Of a DNA stretch of 64,000 nt, positions 9,068 through 18,100 are shown in pieces. A program made the position numbers and the translations under genes. The stretch covers positions 7,264,001 through 7,328,000 of the forward strand of contig CBDBDQ010000005.1 in NCBI GenBank assembly GCA_965203905.1, in the 5' to 3' direction. The stretch's first letter is position 1, and every line of letters begins with the position of its first letter. Under the pieces are notes generated by a model. That model was given only the letters and a program-made list of their open reading frames with translations, was not told where the DNA came from and did no database searches. This stretch comes from Spirochaetia bacterium (GTDB taxonomy: Bacteria; Spirochaetota; Spirochaetia; SZUA-6; Bin103).

Positions 9068-12000
9068 GTCTTCCTCTGGCTGCCAAAGCGACGTTCCGGC
9101 ATGGCCCGCAGCGTCCGCGCCGGGTGCCGCTCCTGCCGGGGCTCGACGTCGGGCGCAGCTACTACGACTACCACAGCTACCGCGGTACCCCGAAACGCTA
9201 CCGCGCCGACGGCCCCGACAGCATCGCCATCAGTGACGGCCCCGACCTGTTCAACCAGGTGTTGATGGGCGACGGCGCCTGGTACCTGCACGCGGGAGAC
9301 CGCCCGGCGCTGCGCCTGGCGCACCGCCCTTACTGGCCCAACTCCTACATCAAGCCCGACCTGATACCGGGACTGGGTATTTCCGGCGACCTGTACTTCG
9401 CTGCCCTGAGCGACGGCGAAGAGGTCCCGCTGCACCTCCGGACGCGGGTGGAGGCGCGCTTCAGCCCGGGCCAGGCGGAGTGGGTATGCACCGTCCCGCG
9501 CTCGCACGAGCCGGGCCCGCCCGCCCCGGTGGCGCAGGATACCCACGTCCGGACGACCGCCGCCGAATCGCGCGACGCTGCGCACGCGCCGGGCGGCGCC
9601 GGTGCAGCGCGCCGACCGCGGAACGCGGCAGCGACGACCGCCTCCGGCGCCACGGCCCGCGGCCACCTGCGGTTGCGGGCGCGTCCGCTGGTCTCCACCA
9701 ACGGCTGCGTGCTGCTGCTGGAGGGGAACACCGCCCTGGCGGTCCGGCTCGACCTGGCCGCCGGTGCCGACAGCGCCCGGAAACGGGTACGCACCCCGCC
9801 GGCGCCACGGCGCGGCGACGGTTACCTGGTCCTGGACCATCCCTGGTTCCCCTACACGCAGGTTGCCGTCGGCACTACAGCCGGCGCCGCGACCGCGATC
9901 GAGGTACTCGGCGATACCTGCGCCGTGCTGACGCTGCGTCCCGGCGACGGCTTGCTGTTGGTCTGGGGCTACACCGACCACGACCGCGAGGGGGTGGCCG
10001 CGGCGTACCGCCGGCTGCAGGAGCGCCCGTTCGCGGCGCCCGACTGGGCGGCGCGGATGCGCGAGCGCTGGTTCGAGCACTGGGTGGGGCGCTGCCTCCA
10101 TCCGGAGCGGCGCTTCCGGCAGCTCATGGAGCGGTTTCCGGAGGCCGCCGCCGAGGCGGTCGAGTTCTGGCACCCACGCCGGCGCCTGCACATCGAGACC
10201 CCGGAGCCGGAGCTCGACGCCGTGGTCAACCGGGCCGCGGTGGAGCACCGCTACCAGTTCGAGTACCCGGCGTTCATTCACGGCATCCTGGGCTGGAACA
10301 AGTACGGCAAGATCAACTTCGGCTACTACGCCGCGGACGATGCCGGCATGCACGACGAGGTGTCCGACTCGCTGCACTTCATCTCCGGCAGCCAGGACCC
10401 GGGCGGGCGCCAGCGCTACCTGTCGGCCGCGTTCCACAGCATCAGTTGGGCCGAGGAGGTGGACTTCTACTTCGTCGAGCAGGTGTGGCACCACTACCGC
10501 TGGACCGCCGACCGCGGCTTCCTGGAGGCGCTGTACCCCGCCGCGCGGCGCTCGCTGGAGCATGCGCTGGGGGCGAGCGACCCGGACGCCACGGGGATCA
10601 TGACCGGCTACTACGAGTTCTGGCAGAACGACGCCCACTCCCGCGGCGGCAAGTGCGTGGTCCACGGCGCCCTGGCCTGGGGCGCGCTCAGCGCCGCCGC
10701 CGCCATGGCCCGGGTTCTCCAGCGTGAGGAGGATGCCCTCCGCTACCGCGACTACGCGGCGCTGGTGCGGCGGCGGCTGGAACGCGAGCTGTGGCACGAA
10801 CCGTACGGCGCCTTCGGCTCGGCGGAGTGGAACGGCGACGTGCGGCCGCGGCCGGAGACGCAGGAGCAGTTTCTGCCCTCGCTGCGCAGCCTGGGGTCGC
10901 CGCGGTGGCGGCGGCGCGCGGCACGCTACCTGCGCGACCAGTTCTTCCTGCGCCCCGCCGCCGGGGTCACGCTGGAGCTGATCAATGACTGGTGGCCGAT
11001 CTTCTGGAGCCATCACTACGTGGCCAACGGCGACGCCCTGCTGAGCGTGCTCGCGGCGGCGCGCAGCGGCGACATCGACGGCTACTGGCCGCTGGTGCGC
11101 TGCATCGTCGAGGGCGCCCTGACCAGCAGCGACGGCAGCCTGCGCTCGACCCAGGACAACTCCGGGCGCGGCACCGGCCTGCGCCACACCGCCGAGGTGC
11201 AGGCGCCCCTGCTGCAGATGGTGGCGGAGGGGCTGTTCGGCATCCACCCCGACACGCACGAAAACCACCTGCTGGTACGGCTCGGCTTGCCCCGCCACTG
11301 GCAGCATGCGCGGCTGCAGCGCCCCGGCCTGACCCTCAGCTACCGGCGTGAGGACTCCCCGGAGCCCACCGTCATCCTGGAGGCGACCTGCGACCCACCG
11401 CGGCGGCTCACCGCCGAGCTGCCGGTGCGCGCCGAGGTGCGCGCCGTGAGCGTGAACGGCGCCCCCGTCCCGCCGCGCTTCGCGGCGGACGTGGGTGCCG
11501 CGCGCCTGGTGCTGGACAGCGGCACAGCCGGCGGCAGCCGGCGCCACACGTTCGTGGTGAAACTGGGTCCCGAGGTGGAGATCAGTGCCCCCGAGCGCCT
11601 CGTGGTGGGGGACACCGCAGCCTGCCGGATCAGCGGCGCCCGCGTGCTGGGTTGGGAGGAGCGCAGCGGTCGCGTCGCCGCCGCTGGCGAGGCGCAGCCG
11701 ACCGGCCTCACGCTGCGCGCGGCGGCGGCGGGACGCAGCACCGGCTTCCTGCGCCTGCGCACCGGACAGGCCGCATGGGACGAGCCCGTCGATCTGGAAG
11801 TGGTGCCGCCCTGGGAGCTGGTGGAGCGGCTGTCCCCGGCGCTGGTGAACGATCGTGCGGAAGTGGTCAGCCCGCGACTGGACCTGTCCTCCCGCGCGCT
11901 GCTGCTGGAGTTGCGCAACAACAGCTCGCTCCTGCTGAGCGGTGCCGCCCACGCTCTCGGCTGCAGCGCCACGGTGTCGCTGGAGCCGCGCGCCACCCGC

Positions 12001-12966
12001 GAGGTGCGCCTCGACCTGAGCCCGGCCTGGAGCAGGCTCTCACCGGGCACGCTGCCGGTGACGGTCACCCTCGGCGGCTCCTCCGCAACGGGAGAAGCGG
12101 TAAGCTGGCTGCTGGCCCCGCCGCCGCAACGCTGGAACGGATCGGAGCGGGTCGTACCGGTCGACCTGTCGGCCGCCTACAACGCCGACGCCGGCCACCT
12201 CTACGGCCCCGGCTTCCGCTGGCGGCTGGACTACACCGGCTGTGGCGTCGGGGTGGACCGGCGCCGGCCGCCGCCCGCCCGTGACGCCCGCGGCTACGTC
12301 TTGCACCACTCGCCCATGGGCCAGCTCGCCTGGGGCTGCCTGCCCGAGCACACCTACGGCCTGGAACGGGAGATCCTGCCGGAGTTCGACCTGCAGTGGG
12401 AGTTTCCGCCGCTGCCGCCCGACTACGAGCCGCTGCCGGGCCTGCGATTCCGCACCGGAGGACGCCGGCTGCTGGCCCTGGCCGCCACCGAGCCCTACGC
12501 CCAGTTGCCGAGCAGCGTACGGCTCGACCTCGCCGCCGGCGGCACCGCCCGGGCCCTGGAAAAGCTCTACCTGCTCACCGCCAACCTCACCAAGACGGTC
12601 AAGAGCTACTACCCCGCCGGCGAAATCATCATCCACTATGACAGCGGCGATTCGCAGCACCTGTCCCTGGTGCCGCCGCACACGATCAGCTGCATGGCGC
12701 AGCCATTCTGCCCGCGCGCCTGGCACGTTCCCTACGGGCGCTTCGAGGGCGCACTATCCAGCTACGGCGCTGTCGAGGACGAAAAGATCCCCAACCTCGC
12801 GGTGCAGGACCTGGTGACGGACCCGACCCGCGGAGTGACGGCCCTGGAGTTGCGCTGCGTCGCCAGCGAGACCCTGCTCGGCCTGCTGGCGCTCAGCATG
12901 CTGCCGGCAATCGACGCCGGCGACGGTCAGGTAATGAGCGCCAGCTCCGCCAGCGCCGCCTCCTGA
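9064..12966 (+). CDS. Large uncharacterised (alpha/alpha)6-barrel glycoside hydrolase-like protein
   Basis: 1300 aa; IETPEPELD, VWHHYRWTADRGFLEALYP, LWHEPYGAF, EGLFGIHPD, LPRHW motifs typical of six-hairpin glycosidases. Confidence 0.7.
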   Translation: MSLPLAAKATFRHGPQRPRRVPLLPGLDVGRSYYDYHSYRGTPKRYRADGPDSIAISDGPDLFNQVLMGDGAWYLHAGDRPALRLAHRPYWPNSYIKPDLIPGLGISGDLYFAALSDGEEVPLHLRTRVEARFSPGQAEWVCTVPRSHEPGPPAPVAQDTHVRTTAAESRDAAHAPGGAGAARRPRNAAATTASGATARGHLRLRARPLVSTNGCVLLLEGNTALAVRLDLAAGADSARKRVRTPPAPRRGDGYLVLDHPWFPYTQVAVGTTAGAATAIEVLGDTCAVLTLRPGDGLLLVWGYTDHDREGVAAAYRRLQERPFAAPDWAARMRERWFEHWVGRCLHPERRFRQLMERFPEAAAEAVEFWHPRRRLHIETPEPELDAVVNRAAVEHRYQFEYPAFIHGILGWNKYGKINFGYYAADDAGMHDEVSDSLHFISGSQDPGGRQRYLSAAFHSISWAEEVDFYFVEQVWHHYRWTADRGFLEALYPAARRSLEHALGASDPDATGIMTGYYEFWQNDAHSRGGKCVVHGALAWGALSAAAAMARVLQREEDALRYRDYAALVRRRLERELWHEPYGAFGSAEWNGDVRPRPETQEQFLPSLRSLGSPRWRRRAARYLRDQFFLRPAAGVTLELINDWWPIFWSHHYVANGDALLSVLAAARSGDIDGYWPLVRCIVEGALTSSDGSLRSTQDNSGRGTGLRHTAEVQAPLLQMVAEGLFGIHPDTHENHLLVRLGLPRHWQHARLQRPGLTLSYRREDSPEPTVILEATCDPPRRLTAELPVRAEVRAVSVNGAPVPPRFAADVGAARLVLDSGTAGGSRRHTFVVKLGPEVEISAPERLVVGDTAACRISGARVLGWEERSGRVAAAGEAQPTGLTLRAAAAGRSTGFLRLRTGQAAWDEPVDLEVVPPWELVERLSPALVNDRAEVVSPRLDLSSRALLLELRNNSSLLLSGAAHALGCSATVSLEPRATREVRLDLSPAWSRLSPGTLPVTVTLGGSSATGEAVSWLLAPPPQRWNGSERVVPVDLSAAYNADAGHLYGPGFRWRLDYTGCGVGVDRRRPPPARDARGYVLHHSPMGQLAWGCLPEHTYGLEREILPEFDLQWEFPPLPPDYEPLPGLRFRTGGRRLLALAATEPYAQLPSSVRLDLAAGGTARALEKLYLLTANLTKTVKSYYPAGEIIIHYDSGDSQHLSLVPPHTISCMAQPFCPRAWHVPYGRFEGALSSYGAVEDEKIPNLAVQDLVTDPTRGVTALELRCVASETLLGLLALSMLPAIDAGDGQVMSASSASAAS

Positions 12967-13976
12967 TCGGCCCGCTTGGCGAGCGTGGTGCGCACCAGGT
13001 CGCGGGTCAGTCCCTGCTGATCCGTTGCGGTCAGGCGCTGCGCCTTCTCCACCCAGTCCTCACGGATTCCATCCACTCCATGCAGGGCACCCGCCAGCGC
13101 ACCGCACATCGAGGCGATGGTGTCCGCATCGCGGCCGAAGTTGGCGCCGTAGGTCACGCAGCGCTCGACGTCGCCGCCGGCCAGCTCGAACAGGGCCAGG
13201 GTGATCGGCACCGTTTCGCGCGAATCGCAGCCGATGCGCCGGAACAGCGTGGCGGCGTCGGCATAGGCGCGGTCGCGGAACTCCTCGTAGTTGCCGGCCG
13301 CCCGCGCCAGCTCCAGGAAGCGGTCGATCATGTCCAGCATCTCGGCACCGCTGGTGGCGATGATGTTGGCCTGCGCCGCCTCCACCACCGACTCCACCGT
13401 GGCGCTCACACGGAACGCCTCCGCCACGCCCGCCGCCATGGCCACCGCGCCGTCCTGGCAGAAGCCGACGTCGTGGCCGTGGATCAGGGCCGCCAGGTTG
13501 TACCCCTGCAGCGCGGCGCCGCGCGGGTTGCCGGCGTTGACGATGCCCACCGGCGAGAAGCACATCGCGGTGCTGGAGCTGGGCATGTTGCCCAGAGCCG
13601 CCATGCGCGGCACCGAGTGGCGGCGCAGCTTGTGCGCGGTGTGCGTCACCGACGGAAAGAACTTGTTGAGCTTGGCGCCGAAGATGTCGTCCCAGCGGTC
13701 CAGCCACACCGCCGCCCAGTCGTCGATGGTGGCGTGGCCGTTGGTGCGGATCAGCGCATCCGCCAGCAGGTGCTTCATCACCGTGTCGTCGGTGCCGTCG
13801 GCATCGAAGTCGTCGATCCAGCCCGAGGCCTTCAGCACCTCGAACGACTTGCCCTCCGCTGGTGTCCCGATCGCATCACCGATGAGCCCCCCGAGCAGGC
13901 AGCCCAGGGTCTTCCGATACAGGGTAGTAGTGGTAGTAGCCGCGGCTACCGTCGCGGGCGCGGTTGCAGTTGCCAT
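12927..13976 (-). CDS. ADP-ribosylglycohydrolase family protein
   Basis: GGLIGDAIG, GTDDT, GRDADTIASMCGALAGA. Confidence 0.9.
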   Translation of the reverse strand: MATATAPATVAAATTTTTLYRKTLGCLLGGLIGDAIGTPAEGKSFEVLKASGWIDDFDADGTDDTVMKHLLADALIRTNGHATIDDWAAVWLDRWDDIFGAKLNKFFPSVTHTAHKLRRHSVPRMAALGNMPSSSTAMCFSPVGIVNAGNPRGAALQGYNLAALIHGHDVGFCQDGAVAMAAGVAEAFRVSATVESVVEAAQANIIATSGAEMLDMIDRFLELARAAGNYEEFRDRAYADAATLFRRIGCDSRETVPITLALFELAGGDVERCVTYGANFGRDADTIASMCGALAGALHGVDGIREDWVEKAQRLTATDQQGLTRDLVRTTLAKRADQEAALAELALIT

Positions 13977-14026
13977 TCACGTCCTCCTTTGCAGCGCGTC
14001 CGAATTATCCCCGGCCGCCGCGTCCG

Positions 14027-14812
14027 TTACAACTCGACGGCGCGCAGTACCTCCGACCAGTGCTGCCACATGTCCGCGCACGGCGGCTCGTCCTGGTACG
14101 CCTCCAGGCCGCGCTTGCAGTAGTCGTACAGCACCGCCTGGCGAATCCGCGACGAGTAGTTGTGCCCCGCCATGTGCCCCAGCCGATGATGCCAGAACAC
14201 GATGTCGCCGGCCTTGCCGTGGCAGTCCACCGGCGGTGCCCAGTTGACCCGTTCCTGGGCCGCTTCGTGAGCCTCGGTGGGATCGCGCTGATAGCCGGTC
14301 TGGAAGGTGTGGTAGAACAGCCGGTGGCTCCCCGGCCACACGCTGAAGGCGCCGCCGCCGGGGGCGACGTCGTCGATGTAACCCACCACTCCCAAGTGGA
14401 ACGGGTGGGCGTCGCAGTGGCAACCGATCGGCGGGCGCGGCCGGTCGCCGAACGGCAGGGTGCAGTAGATACCGCGGATCCGTTCCGGCGCCTGCAGCTC
14501 GCCGGCACCCAGCATCTGCTCCGCCATGGCGAAGATCGCCGGGTCGGTCGCCAGCATGCGCACGATCCACGGCTCCGCCCCGATGCGGCGGTAGTTCCAG
14601 CGGTACTCGCTGCGCTTGTTGGCGGAATCGGTGGAGTGGTCCGACTCCGGCAGCGGTCCGACCCAGGTGTCCGGGTCATCCCTCTTCAGCGAGGGCGGCG
14701 GCTCGTCCCACAGCCGTTCCCGCGCCTGCGCCATCAGCTTCGGGTCCATTACCTGGCGCTTGATCAGGTAGCCGCAGCGCTTGAAGAAGCGCAACTCTTC
14801 CGTGGTCAGCAT
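14027..14812 (-). CDS. Phytanoyl-CoA dioxygenase (PhyH) family Fe(II)/2OG enzyme
   Basis: MLTTEELRFFKRCGYL, HCD, VWPGSH, AGDIVFWHHRLGH. Confidence 0.88.
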   Translation of the reverse strand: MLTTEELRFFKRCGYLIKRQVMDPKLMAQARERLWDEPPPSLKRDDPDTWVGPLPESDHSTDSANKRSEYRWNYRRIGAEPWIVRMLATDPAIFAMAEQMLGAGELQAPERIRGIYCTLPFGDRPRPPIGCHCDAHPFHLGVVGYIDDVAPGGGAFSVWPGSHRLFYHTFQTGYQRDPTEAHEAAQERVNWAPPVDCHGKAGDIVFWHHRLGHMAGHNYSSRIRQAVLYDYCKRGLEAYQDEPPCADMWQHWSEVLRAVEL

Positions 14813-14866
14813 CGTCTCGCCGGCCAGGGTAGTAGCTCGGCCGCGCCTCTGCAACGCACGCTGCGG

Positions 14867-14898
14867 GCGCGGCAGGCGCGGCAGGCGCGGCAGGCGCG
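14867..14898 (+). repeat. 9-bp tandem repeat (GCGCGGCAG) ~3.5 copies in divergent intergenic region
   Basis: gcgcggcaggcgcggcaggcgcggcaggcgcg. Confidence 0.7.
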
Positions 14899-14984
14899 TG
14901 ATCGGTTGCCGAGGCTCGCCTTTCGGTGGTGCAACCCGATATCTTAGAGGCCCCCACGAACGACCCGCCTCAAAGGAGCATCAC

Positions 14985-15644
14985 ATGAGTCGCACCCGGC
15001 GCCGCATCCGTCGTTTCAGAGTCGTCACGCTGCTGGTGGCAGCCTGCACCATCGCGGTCGCCACTTCCGGATTCGCTCAGACCGCAACCACCCCTCCGGG
15101 GCAACCTGCCGCGACCGGCCTGGTCGGTCTCAACCTGATCGGACCGATATTCGGCTTCTACAGCGGGTCTCTGGAACTGTCCCTCGACGACAAGTGGAGC
15201 GTGTTCGTGGTCCCCACCTACTTCAACGTGAAGGCGAGTCTGATCGGTGCGCTGTTCGAAAGCGCCGGTGTCGACCGGGACGACTATGACCTCTGGAGCC
15301 TGTCAGGCATGATCGGAGTGAACCACTTCCTGACCGACCCGGCACCCACCGGACTGTTCGTCGGCGCATGGGTGGATCCCGGTTACCTCCACGGAAGGTT
15401 CGAAGACTCCGCGGTTGCCGGCATGGACCCCGTCACCGTGGACTCGATCGTGATCGGCGCGGGCGCACACGTCGGCTACCGGGTGCTCCTGGGACCGCTG
15501 GCCATTACCCCGCGCGTCGGGGCGGCGTACCACCACGTGTTCACCGAGGCGGAAGGCGTGAGCGAGGATCTGAAATCGACCGTCAGCGCCGCCTTCAGCC
15601 GTTTCTCGATCCCGTGGGGAGTAGACCTGACTATCGCCTTCTAA
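14985..15644 (+). CDS. Exported outer-membrane beta-barrel-like protein (DUF3575-like)
   Basis: AAGGAG RBS, signal peptide, alternating amphipathic beta-strands, C-terminal Phe (GVDLTIAF). Confidence 0.65.
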   Translation: MSRTRRRIRRFRVVTLLVAACTIAVATSGFAQTATTPPGQPAATGLVGLNLIGPIFGFYSGSLELSLDDKWSVFVVPTYFNVKASLIGALFESAGVDRDDYDLWSLSGMIGVNHFLTDPAPTGLFVGAWVDPGYLHGRFEDSAVAGMDPVTVDSIVIGAGAHVGYRVLLGPLAITPRVGAAYHHVFTEAEGVSEDLKSTVSAAFSRFSIPWGVDLTIAF

Positions 15645-15663
15645 CCTGACGCCCAATCCCGGC

Positions 15664-15688
15664 CTGGCAGCCGACTGCCGGCTGCCAG
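15664..15688. terminator. Hairpin between convergent genes
   Basis: CTGGCAGCCG-actgc-CGGCTGCCAG. Confidence 0.6.
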
Positions 15689-15713
15689 ACCAAGATCTGC
15701 GCGGCTCCCTGCC

Positions 15714-17777
15714 CTAACGGCGGAAGTATTGCGCCGGGATGTGCGGGATCTGGTAGAAGGTGAAGTAGGTGGCGAAGCCCTTTGAGGCGACGTTGCCCAT
15801 GTCATTCCGGACCAGCGCCGGGTGCGGCAGGTCGCCGCCTACCGTGCCCACCATCCACAGGTTGTCGGCCCACAGCTCGCCGATCTGGTTGGCGATGGCA
15901 ACCCTGTCGTCCTCGCCCGCGGTCTGATTGAACTGCTCCGAGAGTTCGAAGAAGCGCAGCAGGTCCGGCTCCGTGCCGGCGGCGCGCAGCCCGGCGATGC
16001 CCTCGGCGAAGTAGACGTTGGCCAGCTCCTCGCTCCACCAGCCGAACGACGGCGGCGCCCACAATGAGCCGTCGAAGATGCTGTCGGGCAGCATGTCGAT
16101 CACGTGGCTGGCGATCATCACCTCGTCGGCGGAGCGCTTGCCGTCGAACGAGTTGTCCTCGCGGAAGTCGAAGTCGGTCTTGACGCCGACTGCCTCCCAG
16201 TAGTTCTTGACCAGCTCGGCGGTGGAGGTGATCGGCGTCTCCTGCTCGTGGTAGCCCTCGATCTTGACGAACAGCTCCTTGCCGTCGGGACGGCGGCGGA
16301 TGCCGTCGGCGCCCTTCTCCAGGCCCAGCTCGTCGAGGATGCGGTTGGCCTCGTCAGGGTCGTATTCGGCGTCACGCTGGAAGTGCTCGGGCACGTGGTA
16401 GATCGAACCCGGCGGCACCGCCGCCTGTGACGGGATGCCCTTGCCGAAGTAGAGCAGCTCGTTGATCTCCGCGCGGTTGATGGCCAGCGACAGGGCGCGG
16501 CGGAAGCGCTGGTCGCGCAGCAGGCCCTCGATCACCGGATCGGGCTTGTAGGTCTGGCGGAAGAAGTAGTTGACCCCGGCCCCGGCGCGCTTCTGCCACA
16601 GCCGCACGTCGTAGTTGCCGGCCTCGGCGTTCTGGGTCAGCACGGGAAAGTCCTCGATGGTCAGGATCGAGGCCACGAAGTCCACCTCGCCGCCCATCGC
16701 CGCGATCATGAACGACTCCTTGGTGGCGGCTGAGCGGTTCTGCACCCGGTCGAAGTAGGGGAGCTGGTTGCCGGCGATATCCACCTTCCAGTAGAACGGG
16801 TTGCGCTCCCACAGCGCGTAGTCGGTGGCCGCCTCCTGCAGCACCCACGCCTCCAGCACCGGGCGCCCGATGTCATCGGAGCTCTTGCCGTAGGGCCCCT
16901 GGCGGGCGTTGAACAACTGGGTCCAGTTCTCGAAGCCGCCCTCCTTGGCGAGCTCATTGGCCTTGTCGTTGTAGCCGATGTGGAACTGCGACAGGTAGTG
17001 CTTGGGCTCGGCGATGAACCCCATCGACCACATGTAGTGCGGCAGGGTGAGCTGGCGCAACGCGAAGTTGGGCAGCGGCGCCGCAAAGGTCAACTCGAAC
17101 GTGTGGTCGTCGATGCGGCGGCCCTGCGCCGGCGAGCCGCCGACGTTGAGACTGGTCGGCACCGACGGATGCAGCTCCTTGTTCATGTTCATGTCGTCGA
17201 ACCAGAAAGCCACGTCCTCGGCGTCGAACGAATCGCCGTCCGACCACTTCATGCCAGGGCGCAGGCGCAGGGTGATGGTGCGGTCGTCGGCCGACTGGTC
17301 CACCCCTAACAGCCAGTTGGGATACCAGGTCTTGGCATCGGGGCGCAGTTGCACCGGGGGATCCTCCAGCCAGTAGGCGGGGAACCACCACACTACCGGA
17401 CCGTCCATCACGGTGGTGTTCATCTGTCCGCCGTAGCTCCCGATCTGCTCGATCGGCACCACGATCAGCGGCTCGGCGGGCACCCGCTCCGCCACCGGCG
17501 GCAGGGCTCCGCTGCTCACCATCTGCGCCAGCATCGGCGCCTCGCTCAGGGCCGGCAGCGCGCGCCCGGTGGCGGACTGCAGCTCAGCGTGCGAGCCGTA
17601 GCTCCAGGGCCGTTGCGGCGTATCGGGCAACTCGGCGCCCGCGGTGTCGGCTGCGGCTGCTCCCGCGGCGGGCTGGTCGTCGCCCTCCTCCTGGGCTCCC
17701 GCCAGCACCAGGGCCGGCGCCAGCCAGATGACGGCGCTCACCATTGCAATCAAACGGATACCGGCACGGAAATGCAT
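15714..17777 (-). CDS. Family 5 (peptide/oligosaccharide) ABC substrate-binding protein
   Basis: EAPMLAQMVSSGALPPVAERVP, LRPGMKWSDG, ERNPFYWKVDIAGNQLPY. Confidence 0.92.
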   Translation of the reverse strand: MHFRAGIRLIAMVSAVIWLAPALVLAGAQEEGDDQPAAGAAAADTAGAELPDTPQRPWSYGSHAELQSATGRALPALSEAPMLAQMVSSGALPPVAERVPAEPLIVVPIEQIGSYGGQMNTTVMDGPVVWWFPAYWLEDPPVQLRPDAKTWYPNWLLGVDQSADDRTITLRLRPGMKWSDGDSFDAEDVAFWFDDMNMNKELHPSVPTSLNVGGSPAQGRRIDDHTFELTFAAPLPNFALRQLTLPHYMWSMGFIAEPKHYLSQFHIGYNDKANELAKEGGFENWTQLFNARQGPYGKSSDDIGRPVLEAWVLQEAATDYALWERNPFYWKVDIAGNQLPYFDRVQNRSAATKESFMIAAMGGEVDFVASILTIEDFPVLTQNAEAGNYDVRLWQKRAGAGVNYFFRQTYKPDPVIEGLLRDQRFRRALSLAINRAEINELLYFGKGIPSQAAVPPGSIYHVPEHFQRDAEYDPDEANRILDELGLEKGADGIRRRPDGKELFVKIEGYHEQETPITSTAELVKNYWEAVGVKTDFDFREDNSFDGKRSADEVMIASHVIDMLPDSIFDGSLWAPPSFGWWSEELANVYFAEGIAGLRAAGTEPDLLRFFELSEQFNQTAGEDDRVAIANQIGELWADNLWMVGTVGGDLPHPALVRNDMGNVASKGFATYFTFYQIPHIPAQYFRR

Positions 17778-18100
17778 AGAGTCCTCCTGGGATCGGTGAA
17801 GTTGCCGTTCACACTACCACCGCCGCGACAGGTGCTACAATGTGCCGCATGCACTCACCGCCACCGGGGGCTCGCCCCCTCGGCGCTCACGTCGGCCTTG
17901 TTTCGGATCGCTGTCGAGGTCATCGCATGGATCGCGTGCTGGCGGCAGGCGGAAATGCAGCCTATCATGGACCAATGGGACAGCGAGGCTTCCGTAACCT
18001 GCTCATTGTCGGAAGCCAGTTTGCGCACATGACCGCGCGTCGACGATGCGACATGGGAGTTCAACGCAGCCGTGTTCGCAGCCGTTTTAACGACTGAGCC

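Noticed and set aside
8656-11952. 1098-aa antisense ORF and similar long ORFs (20618-23314, 24797-27850, 815-2650, 34841-36766)
   Set aside because: These are antisense shadows of genuine genes, expected in high-GC DNA, with no domain motifs.
12927-12966. Functional significance of convergent 3' overlaps (also 32446-32491)
   Set aside because: Short tail overlaps are common in GC-rich genomes; no further evidence.
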